30,186 bases of DNA from Archangium sp. (GCA_031367385.1 JANLPS010000256.1:1-30186); one strand, 5' to 3'. Positions 9,410 through 18,658 are shown, counted from the first letter of the stretch. Translations and numbers: made by a program. The notes: a model not told the origin generated them from the sequence alone.

Positions 9410-10800
9410 CCCAGGGCCGTGCGGAGCGAGGCGCCAATCTCCTCCGCGTATTGGCGAATTTTCTTCGCGTCGGGCCCCTCGACCAGCACCCGTACTTTCG
9501 CCTCGGTGCCCGAGTAGCGCACCAAGACCCGGCCGGTCTTGCCCAGCTTCTTCTCGACGCCGGTGATGACCTTCTGCACCTCAGGCAGGTTCGACAGCTC
9601 GCGCTTCTCACGCACCTGCAGGTTGAGCAGCGTCTGCGGCACCGGCTCGAAGATCTTGGTCAAATCGCTCATCGGCCGGCCAGCGCGGCAGAGCACCGCG
9701 AGCACTTGCAGCGCGGCGAGGGTGCCGTCACCGGTGGTGGCGTGCTCCATGAAGACCAGGTGGCCCGACTGCTCACCGCCCAGTGAGTAGCCGTGCTGGC
9801 GCATCGCTTCGACCACGTAGCGGTCACCGACCTTGGTGCGCACCACGTTGACGCCCCACTTCTGCACCGCGCGCTCGAGCCCGACGTTGCTCATCACGGT
9901 GGTGACGAGGGTCTTCTTCTTCAGCGCTTTGCGCTCGACCAGCTCACCGGTGCAGATCGCCATGATCGCGTCGCCATCGACCACCTGACCCTTTTCATCG
10001 ACGACGATCAGCCGGTCGGCGTCGCCGTCGAGCGCCAGGCCGAGGTGGGCCTTGTGCTTGAGCACCGCTTTTTGGAGCGACTCCGGGTGCATCGCGCCGC
10101 ACCCGGCGTTGATGTTCTTGCCGTTGGGGTCGACGCCCAGGGTGATGACTTTCGCGCCGAGCTCTTCGAGCACCTCGGGAGCGACCCGGTACGCCGCGCC
10201 GTTCGCGCAGTCGACCACCAGGGTCAGCCCCTCGAGCGTCAACTCGCGGGGAAAGGTGTTCTTGAGGAAGACGATGTACCGGCCCTTGGCGTCATCGAGG
10301 CGAACCGCGCCACCGATTTTTTCGGCGGTCGGCCGCAGCGAATCGAGGGCCTTCTCGAAGATCAGCGTCTCGATCTTGGTCTCGGTCTCGTCTGGCAGCT
10401 TGAAGCCGTCGCGCCAGAAGAACTTGATGCCGTTGTCTTCGTAGGGGTTGTGCGAGGCCGAGATGACGGCCCCGGCGTCGGCGCGCATCGAGGTGGTCAG
10501 ATTGGCGATCGCCGGAGTCGGCATCGGCCCGACCAGCGCCACGTCGACCCCCATCGACATGATGCCCGCCGCGAGCGCGTGCTCGATCATGTAGCCCGAG
10601 AGCCGGGTGTCTTTGCCAATGATGATGCGGTGGCGGTGTGGGCCGTTGCGAATGAGGTACGCCAGGGCGCGGCCCAGGTGCATCGCCATCTCAGCCGTCA
10701 TGGGAAAGATGTTCGCGACGCCGCGCACGCCATCGGTGCCGAACAAACGCGGGTGGCCGTTGCCGTTGATTGCCGAATCACTTGCCATGGCGCGGCTCAT
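9406..10800 (-). CDS. glmM: Phosphoglucosamine mutase
   Basis: [25 protein letters not shown] (phosphoserine), DGDADR, GGEQSGH and RYSGTE. Confidence 0.97.
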   Translation of the reverse strand: MSRAMASDSAINGNGHPRLFGTDGVRGVANIFPMTAEMAMHLGRALAYLIRNGPHRHRIIIGKDTRLSGYMIEHALAAGIMSMGVDVALVGPMPTPAIANLTTSMRADAGAVISASHNPYEDNGIKFFWRDGFKLPDETETKIETLIFEKALDSLRPTAEKIGGAVRLDDAKGRYIVFLKNTFPRELTLEGLTLVVDCANGAAYRVAPEVLEELGAKVITLGVDPNGKNINAGCGAMHPESLQKAVLKHKAHLGLALDGDADRLIVVDEKGQVVDGDAIMAICTGELVERKALKKKTLVTTVMSNVGLERAVQKWGVNVVRTKVGDRYVVEAMRQHGYSLGGEQSGHLVFMEHATTGDGTLAALQVLAVLCRAGRPMSDLTKIFEPVPQTLLNLQVREKRELSNLPEVQKVITGVEKKLGKTGRVLVRYSGTEAKVRVLVEGPDAKKIRQYAEEIGASLRTALG

Positions 10801-10859
10801 AGCCGAAACGAAGCGCCACCGTCGCGAGAGTAACGCAGCAGATTCGCTACTGAATCATC

Positions 10860-11474
10860 GTGTACGAAACCGACGCTGAGCTCTCGGCGCGCGAAGACCC
10901 CGCCCGCGTTGGGGCCTCCTGGGCCGCGTATCAGGCCTCCTCGAAGGCGCTGGCCGAGGCGGGCATCGCTCGACGCCCAAGAGCCAGCTCGGTGGTCGGA
11001 GCAGCTCATTACCGAAGCCGAGGCGCTTCTCCGGCGAGCGTTCACGCTTGGCCGCATCGGGCCCTGTCAGCTCGAAGCAGCGCTCCAGTCGCGGGACGTC
11101 GAACGGGCGTCGTCGATCATCAAGGCGTGCTGACCTTGAATGAGGGGCTGGCCCGGCTTGCGCCCTCGCCTGGCGCACTCGTCGGTTTTGCGGCAGCGCT
11201 CATTGCGGGTCGCGGGCCAGCCGCCGCCCTCGAAGTTCTCGGTGACCTCGATCGCGCACTGGCCGACGAGTATCAGCCCTCTGGGGCGGTGCGGGCCGAC
11301 GCGCTGCGTGTGGCCGGGCGGGTCGCCGAGGCCCACGACGCCTCCGAGAGAGCCGTCGGCTTGACCGAAGACAACGCTGTTCGGCGTTTTCTGATGGCTC
11401 GGGCCGCGAGCATGAAGAACGACGTCAGCAACAGCGAGAGCCACCCCGAAGCCCGGAGCAGGGCTCTCAAGTGA
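10860..11474 (+). pseudogene. Remnant of an ECF42-type (DUF6596/TPR) RNA polymerase sigma factor, with large deletions and frameshifts
   Basis: One frame reads LDAQEPARWSEQLITEAEALLRRAFTLGRIGPCQLEAALQS. Another frame continues RRTGVVDHQGVLTLNEGLARLAPSPGALVG..GPAAAL..YQP..AVRADAL..ERAVGLTEDNAVRRFL. The frame switch is at ~11088-11091, and no intact sigma2/sigma4 region is visible. Confidence 0.75.
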
Positions 11475-11532
11475 TCACCGCTGCACGGCTCTTGATGTGA
11501 AGGGCGCGGTGGCTGCACGCAACCGCGGTCGA

Positions 11533-11799
11533 CTACAGCTTGATGCACACCTTCGCACCCGAGCAATCGGTCGCGCAGTCAGCGGTGGCGCTGATGCTCG
11601 CGCAGTCGGCCTTGGTCGTGCAGGTCTTGTTGCAGGTCGAGCCCTTCGGCCCGCAGGTCGAACCCGATTGAACCAAGCTCGGTATGCAGCTCAACCCGCC
11701 GGTGCAATCACCTGCAACGGTACACGGGTCATGAAATGCACCCTTGGGGCCGCACGACACAGCCATCATCACCATCACCACCAGCCAGCTCATTCGCAT
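11533..11799 (-). CDS. Small cysteine-rich lipoprotein
   Basis: Hydrophobic signal ending in AVSC, then 10 more Cys in ~70 aa with CGPKG repeated twice. ATG at 11799 or 11793. Confidence 0.75.
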   Translation of the reverse strand: MRMSWLVVMVMMAVSCGPKGAFHDPCTVAGDCTGGLSCIPSLVQSGSTCGPKGSTCNKTCTTKADCASISATADCATDCSGAKVCIKL

Positions 11800-11858
11800 G
11801 GGGCGAAATATGACCTGGGCGCCGCGACCGCTCAATATTTTTGAAGGGGAGCCGAGGC

Positions 11859-12713
11859 TCAAGGCGTGCGAGCAAGCAGCTCGGCCGCGTTGGCCGCCCG
11901 AATCGCATCGGCCACCGACAGCGCCTGTCGCGTCGCCGCCACGTCATGTACCCGCACCAGGTCAACGCCACCCATCGCGGCGGCGATCGCGACTGACGCC
12001 ACGCTCGCGTTGAGCCGGTCGGCGGCGGTCGTGACTCCGCTCAGCGTGCCCAAGAACGCCTTGCGGCTGGTGCCCAGCAGCACCGGCAGCCCCAGCACCC
12101 GAAGCTCGGGGAGCCGCGCGAGCAGCGCCAGATTGTGCTCGAGCGTCTTGGCGAAGCCGATACCCGGGTCAACGACGAGCCTCGTGCGGTCCACTCCCGA
12201 GCGCTCGACCGCGTCGCGCAGGGCCTCAATCACCTGCGCGACCACATCAACGTAGACCGCCTCGGCCTGCATCGACCGGGGGGTGCCCTTCATGTGCATG
12301 ACGCAGGCAGCGACGCCCGTTTTACGCACGAGCGCCGCCATCGCGGGGTCACGCAAACCAGTCACGTCATTGACCATCGCCGCGCCGGCCGCGATCGCCG
12401 CCTCGGCCACGAGGGCCTTCGAGGTATCAATCGAGAGCGGCACTCCAGGGCAGGCCGCGGCCAACGCCTTCACCACCGGTATGACCCGCGCAAGCTCGTC
12501 AGTGACCGAGACCTCGGCCGCGCCAGGGCGGGTCGACTCGCCACCGATGTCGAGAAGGTCAGCGCCTTCACCAGCCAACCGAACACCGTGTGCGATCGCC
12601 GCCGCGGGGTCGAAGAACCGCCCACCGTCAGAGAACGAGTCGGGCGTGACGTTCACGATGCCCATCACGAAGGTGCGGGTGCCCCAGGTGAAGGTTCGAT
12701 CGCCCACTTGCAT
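11859..12713 (-). CDS. folP: Dihydropteroate synthase
   Basis: MGIVNVTPDSFSDGG, DIGGESTRPG, SIDT, DPGIGFAK, GTSRK and RVHDV. Confidence 0.97.
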   Translation of the reverse strand: MQVGDRTFTWGTRTFVMGIVNVTPDSFSDGGRFFDPAAAIAHGVRLAGEGADLLDIGGESTRPGAAEVSVTDELARVIPVVKALAAACPGVPLSIDTSKALVAEAAIAAGAAMVNDVTGLRDPAMAALVRKTGVAACVMHMKGTPRSMQAEAVYVDVVAQVIEALRDAVERSGVDRTRLVVDPGIGFAKTLEHNLALLARLPELRVLGLPVLLGTSRKAFLGTLSGVTTAADRLNASVASVAIAAAMGGVDLVRVHDVAATRQALSVADAIRAANAAELLARTP

Positions 12714-12729
12714 CGGCAGAGTGCTCCAG

Positions 12730-12763
12730 AAACAAAACACCCTCCGAGGGTCGCTCGGAGGGT
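12730..12763 (-). terminator. Intrinsic terminator after ftsH
   Basis: Perfect 10-bp stem ACCCTCCGAG (12739-12748) / CTCGGAGGGT (12754-12763) with a 5-nt loop, followed on the minus strand by GTTTTGTTT. Confidence 0.85.
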
Positions 12764-12790
12764 TCGTGCTGAACAGAAACGAAGTGCCGC

Positions 12791-14728
12791 TTAGACCCCG
12801 CCCGGCTCCATCTTGCCTGGCAGCCCTTCGAGCGCGTCCAAGATGCGCTTGTCTTTCTTCTTCTCGTCTTTCGGAGGCGCCGCCGTCACGCGCGGAGGCG
12901 GCTTCTCGCGGGTCATCAAGTTGCCCTGAATCAAGGTCTCGAGGTCAGCCGCGTCGATGGTTTCGTACTCAATGAGCGCCTCGGCGACCTTCTTCAAGGT
13001 CTCGATGTTCTCAGAGAGCAGCTTGCGAGCGCGCTCGTACGCACCCATCACGATGCCGCGAACTTCGGCGTCGATCTGGCGGGCGGTGTCTTCGCTGTAG
13101 TCGGCGCGGGCACCCATGTCGCGGCCCAAGAAGGGCTCGCTGTCACGGCTGCCGAACGCGAGCGGCCCGAGCTTCTCGCTCATGCCCCAGCGCATCACCA
13201 TCGCGCGGGCGGTGGCGGTGGCGCGCTCGATGTCATCTGAAGCGCCAGCGCTGATCTCTCCGAACACCAGGTCTTCGGCGATGCGGCCACCGAGCGCCAT
13301 GCAGAGCTGATCCATCAGCTTTTTCTTGTAGTAGCTCAGCTTATCTTCAGTGGGGATGAAGCTGGTCATGCCCAGCGCCTGCCCACGGGGAATGATGGTG
13401 ACCTTATGCACCGGGTCGCAGCCGGGCAGCATCTTGCCGACCAGCGCGTGACCCGCTTCGTGCACCGCGGTCAACCGCTTCTCAGCCTCGGTCATGATCA
13501 TCGACTTGCGCTCGGGGCCCATGATGACCTTGTCGCGCGATTGATCGAAGTCGTGCTTGCCCACGCGGTCTCGGTTGTTGCGCGCCGCGAAGAGCGCTGC
13601 CTCGTTCACCAAGTTCTCGAGGTCAGCGCCGGTCATACCGGGCGTGCCACGCGCGATGATGTCGAGGTCGACGTCGTCGGCCAACGGCACCCGGCGGGTG
13701 TGCACCTTCAAGATGCCGATGCGGCCCTTCAAGTCGGGGCGGGGCACCACGATGCGACGGTCGAAACGGCCGGGGCGCTGCAACGCGGGGTCGAGCACGT
13801 CGGGCCGGTTGGTGGCGGCGATGATGATCACGCCTTCGTTCGATTCGAAGCCGTCCATCTCGACCAGCAGCTGGTTCAAGGTCTGTTCGCGCTCGTCGTG
13901 ACCGCCGCCGAGGCCTGCGCCACGGTGACGACCGACCGCGTCGATTTCGTCGATGAAGATGATGCACGGCGCGTTCTTCTTGCCCTGCTCGAACAAGTCA
14001 CGCACGCGGCTCGCGCCGACGCCGACGAACATTTCAACGAAGTCAGAGCCCGAGATGCTGAAGAAAGGCACGCCCGCTTCGCCAGCGACGGCCTTCGCCA
14101 GCAAGGTCTTGCCGGTACCCGGAGAGCCCATCATCAGCACGCCCTTGGGAATGCGGCCGCCGAGCTTGGTGAACTTCTTCGGGTCTTTGAGAAACGCGAT
14201 GATCTCTTCGAGCTCTTCTTTGCACTCGTCGATGCCGGCCACGTCAGCGAAGGTGACCTTGTTGTGGCTCTCGCTGAGCAACTTGGCCTTCGACTTGCCG
14301 AACGTCATCGCCTTGCCGCCGCTGCCTTGCAGCTGACGCATGAAGAAGATGAAGAACAAGAAGAGCAGAACGACGGGTATCCACTGGCTTACGATTGACA
14401 ACCAGAGGCTGTTCTCGTCTTTGCCCTCGATGTTGTAGTTGACCTTTTTCGCCCGAAACGAGTTCAACAGCTCGGTGTCAGGCGACGGGCCGGTGGCGCG
14501 AAACTTCTGATTCGTGCTCGCGATGACGCCCGTGTAGAGGTTGTTCGACTGAGGGCTGCCCTTGATCGTCACCTTCGAGGTGATGTGGCCCTGCTCGACG
14601 TGATCTTGAAACTCCGCGAAGGTGATGTCGGTCACCTCGTCGGTGGTGTGATTGAAGAATTGATAGAAGGCAACGAAGAGGATGATCAAGATCACCCAAA
14701 TGCCAATGGTCTTGTAACTTGAACGCAC
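12791..14728 (-). CDS. ftsH: ATP-dependent zinc metalloprotease FtsH
   Basis: Two N-terminal transmembrane helices, Walker A GSPGTGKT, Walker B IFIDEID, the second region of homology RPGRFDR, and HEAGH. Confidence 0.98.
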   Translation of the reverse strand: MRSSYKTIGIWVILIILFVAFYQFFNHTTDEVTDITFAEFQDHVEQGHITSKVTIKGSPQSNNLYTGVIASTNQKFRATGPSPDTELLNSFRAKKVNYNIEGKDENSLWLSIVSQWIPVVLLFLFFIFFMRQLQGSGGKAMTFGKSKAKLLSESHNKVTFADVAGIDECKEELEEIIAFLKDPKKFTKLGGRIPKGVLMMGSPGTGKTLLAKAVAGEAGVPFFSISGSDFVEMFVGVGASRVRDLFEQGKKNAPCIIFIDEIDAVGRHRGAGLGGGHDEREQTLNQLLVEMDGFESNEGVIIIAATNRPDVLDPALQRPGRFDRRIVVPRPDLKGRIGILKVHTRRVPLADDVDLDIIARGTPGMTGADLENLVNEAALFAARNNRDRVGKHDFDQSRDKVIMGPERKSMIMTEAEKRLTAVHEAGHALVGKMLPGCDPVHKVTIIPRGQALGMTSFIPTEDKLSYYKKKLMDQLCMALGGRIAEDLVFGEISAGASDDIERATATARAMVMRWGMSEKLGPLAFGSRDSEPFLGRDMGARADYSEDTARQIDAEVRGIVMGAYERARKLLSENIETLKKVAEALIEYETIDAADLETLIQGNLMTREKPPPRVTAAPPKDEKKKDKRILDALEGLPGKMEPGGV

Positions 14729-14815
14729 GGTGGGGAAACCCTTTCTCCCGGCTTGAGAACACCAAGCCTTGTTGCGACGCGACAGCCGATTCTGAACCTG
14801 TTTCGCCCTTATAAC

Positions 14816-15844
14816 TCATGAATTCTCGCCGCGCCCGTGCGCGCTTGATGAAGTTTGGTGAATGCGGCGAGCGGGCGCGGGCACCACCCAGACCCTGCCA
14901 TGTGCGCACCTGAGTACCTGGTCATTTGGCAGCGCCGTGTCGCGTTGTTGCGCGGCCGCCAGCAGCACCTCGGCCACCAGTTCGCTGTCGAGCTCGAGGT
15001 CATGGGCGGTCAAGAAGAGCGCGACAACGCGGCGGGCGATGGGCCGCTCCAGCGTGCAGAGCGCAACCCGGTCGAGAGAACCGTCGTCGGCCCATCGAAT
15101 TCGCGCCAACGCGGCGGCCGCGTGCCGATTCAGCAGCTCGTCGTCTTCGCTCGCGAGCTCGGCAAAGCGGGCCATGGCGCGCGTGGCTCCGGGGGCTGCC
15201 GCTTCGATCACCGGCAGCACTGTTTGCCGAACTTTGACGCGTTGAAACCGCGGGTCGTCGTTCATGGCGTCGTGTACCCAGCTGGCTCCAAGCGCCTTGA
15301 GATAGGCCTCGATGTCGTCGCGCGACGCGAAAAGCAATGGCCTCGCGACGCCATCGGCCCGGGTGGTTCGAACCGCACCGACGCCGGTCATCGAGCTGCC
15401 ACGGCTCAGCCGCATCACCACGGTCTCTGCTTGATCAGAGGCGGTGTGCGCTGTGATCAGCCACGCCAAGCCTTGTTGCGCCTTGATCTGGAGCAACGCT
15501 GCATAGCGTGCGGCTCGGGCCCGGGCTTCGAGGGCGGGGCCCGGCGCGAGGTCGACCTTCGCAACCCGGGCCACGAGGCCCGCCGCGTCTGCCGCATCGA
15601 GCACGAGTCGGGCATCGGCCGCCGCCTCCGGGCGCAGCCCGTGATCCACCGTTGCGACTTCGCACCGGAGCGACAGCCGTGCTGCGACCCGGGCGAAAGA
15701 GACGAGCAGCGCCATCGAGTCGGCACCTCCCGAAACCGCCAGGAGCACACCGGTGCCCTCGAGGCCCAAGCGCCGGGCCGACCTGATCAGCGCCTGATCA
15801 AAGGCCTCAACCAGCTGATCTGTCTCGGGAATAGTCGGGATCAT
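14816..15844 (-). CDS. tilS: tRNA(Ile)-lysidine synthetase
   Basis: PP-loop AVSGGADS, VDHGLR, ARAARY, TAHTASDQAET and RPLL; canonical position upstream of ftsH. Confidence 0.95.
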   Translation of the reverse strand: MIPTIPETDQLVEAFDQALIRSARRLGLEGTGVLLAVSGGADSMALLVSFARVAARLSLRCEVATVDHGLRPEAAADARLVLDAADAAGLVARVAKVDLAPGPALEARARAARYAALLQIKAQQGLAWLITAHTASDQAETVVMRLSRGSSMTGVGAVRTTRADGVARPLLFASRDDIEAYLKALGASWVHDAMNDDPRFQRVKVRQTVLPVIEAAAPGATRAMARFAELASEDDELLNRHAAAALARIRWADDGSLDRVALCTLERPIARRVVALFLTAHDLELDSELVAEVLLAAAQQRDTALPNDQVLRCAHGRVWVVPAPARRIHQTSSSAHGRGENS

Positions 15845-15862
15845 TTTATGCTTGACGACGCC

Positions 15863-15890
15863 TTGCCGAAGAGGGTGGCGGTGTTATGAT
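15863..15890 (+). promoter_or_regulatory. Sigma70-type promoter with extended -10, driving the putative sRNA
   Basis: TTGCCG (15863-15868), 16-bp spacer, TGn-TATGAT (-10 at 15885-15890). Confidence 0.6.
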
Positions 15891-15896
15891 GTCTGC

Positions 15897-16027
15897 TCTA
15901 CCGGCCGTTGGTATTCGAGGGGTTTCGCCAGCGTTGCCGTGCACAATTTCTATGTTGGGCCCAGGGGTCCCCCCTCCCCCTCTGGGCTCACGGAGCGGGT
16001 CGGTTCGTCCGGCCCGTTCCTCTTTCT
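15897..16027 (+). ncRNA. Putative three-stem-loop small RNA with a C-rich loop
   Basis: SL1 at ~15902-15939 (bulged). SL2 at 15956-15990 has a 12-bp stem and loop UCCCCCCUCCC. SL3 at 15992-16020 has a 12-bp stem followed by UCUUUCU. A promoter lies upstream and there is no credible ORF. Confidence 0.65.
15992..16027 (+). terminator. Intrinsic terminator ending the putative sRNA
   Basis: GGAGCGGGTCGG-TTCGT-CCGGCCCGTTCC followed by TCTTTCT. The G-U pairs only work on the + strand transcript. Confidence 0.7.
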
Positions 16028-16060
16028 GGGGCGCTCTTCAAATCCGCTCGAAGGCGCCCC
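16028..16060 (-). terminator. 3' hairpin of the convergent 682-aa lipoprotein gene
   Basis: Minus strand reads GGGGCGC-CTTCGAG-CGGA-TTTGAAG-A-GCGCCCC, 7 nt after the stop at 16068. There is no U tract. Confidence 0.45.
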
Positions 16061-16067
16061 CCTCGTT

Positions 16068-18116
16068 TCATGGTTGAGCGGAGTACCACTGCACTGAGCC
16101 GATCGTCAGGTCCGGGCTGCATTGCAAGCTGCCGCCGGTCTGCCGGTACCCGAAGCGTGACACCTGGGGGCTGATCACCCGCCCCGTGCCATCGGCGCCC
16201 GGCACCGAGATGATCGGGGCTGGGGTGCCGCCATCAGGCAGAGACCCGATGGCTGAGTTGGCGGGCCAGGCGACGTCGGCGACATGGAGCACTTGGCACG
16301 GCGCTCCGATGGCGAGCAGATCAGGGGGCATCAGCATCTCGAGGGGTATGGTCTTGGCCGGGGCGATCGCGCCTTTGATGAAGAGCCGAACCACCGGCTG
16401 CGGAGCGGTGAAGCACTTACCGGTGCCGATGCCCGCGTCGCCAACGGGCGCAGAATCAGCGACGCAGCGTTGGGTCGCGCCGCAGCTGCAGGCCTGGCCA
16501 TCGCGGCAATCGACTCCGCCGTCGACGATGCAGCCAGTGGGCGCGCTGAGGCGCTGATCTTTGAAGTAGTGAACGTACACGCCGTAGGTGCATGACGCGG
16601 TCGCGCAGGCGGGGTCATTCTCGGGTGAGTTGAGTGAGACGTTTTCGAGCAGCGGGCCCGCGCCGGTGTCGTCGACGTTCAGCGTCGGGTCGTCAGAAGA
16701 GCCCGCTTGACCCCAGTCGAAGTTGAACCCCGCCCCTGGGTTGGCCTTGAGCGTGCTGACGGCGTACCCGTTGATGTCGCCCGCGGTCTTCGACGGAGCG
16801 TCGAAGAACGAGAACACCCCTGCAGCAGGGCGCACCAGATGAATGTCGAGATCGATGTCACCGAAGCCGGGCCACTGAAGCTGCGCCACCAGGTCTTGCT
16901 TGATCGCCACCGAGAACCGCAGCTGCACCTTGGTCTCGCGCTGCTGTGTGTCTTTCACCGAGAGCTCGAGCTGGTACTCACCGGTCACGACGGGTCGCAG
17001 CTGAACCTGCGAGGTCGCAGCGCCTGACAGCGAGAGCGCGGTGACCCCGGCCGGAGCGAGAATCAGCTTCCACGCATAAGTAAGGCCTGTGCGGCCATCT
17101 TCTGGGTCGCTGGTGCACGCCGAGACGGTGCTCGAATCAGAGATGGCCGAGAACACCGCGAGGTCGCCGGGGCGCACGTCTCGGGTCAAGGTGAAGTCGT
17201 ACCCCGTCACGGGCGGCACGAGCAGCGGGGCCCACTGCGCGGCGGAGCCATAGTCGCGGGGGCCATCACCGCTCGAGGGAGGGACCGCGCGCACCAGGTT
17301 CGCGCAGACCACCGGGGCCGCGTTCGGAGCCAGCGTGCCGCGCAGCTCGACCACCACTCGCGGGTGATCAGGGTCGTCTGACGCGATCACCAACTGCGCG
17401 GCGTAGGTCATCTGCGTCAACGCCGTGGGCTTGAACTGCAGCTGCAGGTTGCGCCCCTCTGAAGGCTCGAGCACCAAGCCCGCCGCGGGGAACATCGAGT
17501 TGCCGGCGAGTGAGAACGCCGCGGCGTCGGTGCCTTCGAAGGCGGCCTTCGAGATCGTCAATGCCACCGGGCCAGAATTGACCAGGTTCACGGTGGGTAG
17601 CTTGCTGGGGTCGACCGCCGCGGCACGGGTGAAGGGCTCCGCTCCGAAGTCGACGCTGGGGGGCAGCACCACGACCGCGTCGGTGCAGCCGCGCGCGGTC
17701 AAACACTCGGGCGTCACCTCGAGAATCGGCTTCGCGCCTTCTCCCACGAGGGCGATTCGCAAAGTCGGTGAGTCGGCGTCGGTACTCGTGATCACCAGCG
17801 TGCCCGTGTACGCCTGCAGCGCGGTGGGCGAGAACGTCACCACCATCGGGGCCGTGCCGAGGGCGTCGATCGAGGTGGGCGCGGTGCCCAAGGTGAAGCC
17901 CGATGCGTTTTCGAGCTTGGCGCTCGAGAGGGTGACTGGCGCATTCGTACGCGCCGCGAAGGTCAACGTGATCTGCGCGGAGGTGCCGGTTTTCACCTGG
18001 CCGAAGTCAGCGCCCACTGGAGAAACGCCGAGTGACGGGCGAATCTGGGTGACGTTGGGGCGACAGGTGCACCCACCGATCGAGAGAAAGAGCACTGAAA
18101 TAATCAGGTGGCGCAT
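16068..18116 (-). CDS. Surface lipoprotein with tandem choice-of-anchor-D/ASH-type Ig-like domains, a PKD-like segment and a Cys-rich C-terminal region
   Basis: Lipobox GGC; repeated DFG.V...F.PT....Y.G.L.I.S.D.D.P...L.G units; YAWKL..AP; DIDLDIHL and LNVDD..GP..EN motifs. Confidence 0.8.
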   Translation of the reverse strand: MRHLIISVLFLSIGGCTCRPNVTQIRPSLGVSPVGADFGQVKTGTSAQITLTFAARTNAPVTLSSAKLENASGFTLGTAPTSIDALGTAPMVVTFSPTALQAYTGTLVITSTDADSPTLRIALVGEGAKPILEVTPECLTARGCTDAVVVLPPSVDFGAEPFTRAAAVDPSKLPTVNLVNSGPVALTISKAAFEGTDAAAFSLAGNSMFPAAGLVLEPSEGRNLQLQFKPTALTQMTYAAQLVIASDDPDHPRVVVELRGTLAPNAAPVVCANLVRAVPPSSGDGPRDYGSAAQWAPLLVPPVTGYDFTLTRDVRPGDLAVFSAISDSSTVSACTSDPEDGRTGLTYAWKLILAPAGVTALSLSGAATSQVQLRPVVTGEYQLELSVKDTQQRETKVQLRFSVAIKQDLVAQLQWPGFGDIDLDIHLVRPAAGVFSFFDAPSKTAGDINGYAVSTLKANPGAGFNFDWGQAGSSDDPTLNVDDTGAGPLLENVSLNSPENDPACATASCTYGVYVHYFKDQRLSAPTGCIVDGGVDCRDGQACSCGATQRCVADSAPVGDAGIGTGKCFTAPQPVVRLFIKGAIAPAKTIPLEMLMPPDLLAIGAPCQVLHVADVAWPANSAIGSLPDGGTPAPIISVPGADGTGRVISPQVSRFGYRQTGGSLQCSPDLTIGSVQWYSAQP

Positions 18117-18230
18117 GGCGATTCCTTCTAACCATTCAACAAACGTAGGGAAATGGTTGACCCAGGAGGAACACTGTCAGATATTTCCGCTGGTCTGGTT
18201 TCTCGTCGTACGCGTCCGGAGATTTCCCAC

Positions 18231-18431
18231 ATGTCAGGCACCGACAAGCGCAAGCAATCGCTGTATTTCCCCGAAGACATGCTCAAAGAGATTCAGGAAG
18301 AGGCGAACCGTCAAGATCGGTCGCTGTCCTGGGTTGTCCAACAAGCATGGAAAATTGCGCGTGAGCGCATCAAAGCGTTCCCTGCCGTCAATGACGTCAG
18401 TGGTTCGCCCGACCCGAAAGAGGAGCGTTGA
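18231..18431 (+). CDS. MXAN_4361/MXAN_4362-family (TIGR04563-like) small ribbon-helix-helix-like protein, copy 1
   Basis: MSGTDKRKQSLYFPEDMLKEIQEEANRQDRSLSWVVQQAWKIAR; GGAGA upstream of ATG 18231. Confidence 0.88.
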   Translation: MSGTDKRKQSLYFPEDMLKEIQEEANRQDRSLSWVVQQAWKIARERIKAFPAVNDVSGSPDPKEER

Positions 18432-18658
18432 TGTCGACTACCGACCATCGCAAGCAGTCCCTGTATTTCCCCGAAGAGATGTTGGGCGAGATCGAGCACG
18501 AGGCGCAGCGTCAAGACCGCTCCTTGAGCTGGATCGTGCAGCAGGCCTGGAAGGTCGCGCGCACTGACCTGCGCAAGATCCCTTCTCCCAACGATGTCTT
18601 CGACGCGAGCAACGCGGCGAACGCAGCGGCTGCGGCCGCCGCCAACACCCCTCGGTAG
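18431..18658 (+). CDS. MXAN_4361/MXAN_4362-family small protein, copy 2
   Basis: MSTTDHRKQSLYFPEEMLGEIEHEAQRQDRSLSWIVQQAWKVAR; AGGAG ribosome-binding site at 18421 and a TGATG overlap with copy 1. Confidence 0.88.
   Translation: MSTTDHRKQSLYFPEEMLGEIEHEAQRQDRSLSWIVQQAWKVARTDLRKIPSPNDVFDASNAANAAAAAAANTPR

Noticed and set aside
15852..16174. Short + strand ORFs over the sRNA candidate
   Set aside because: They have no ribosome-binding site, run through the terminator and into the convergent gene, and show no recognisable motifs. An RNA explanation fits better.
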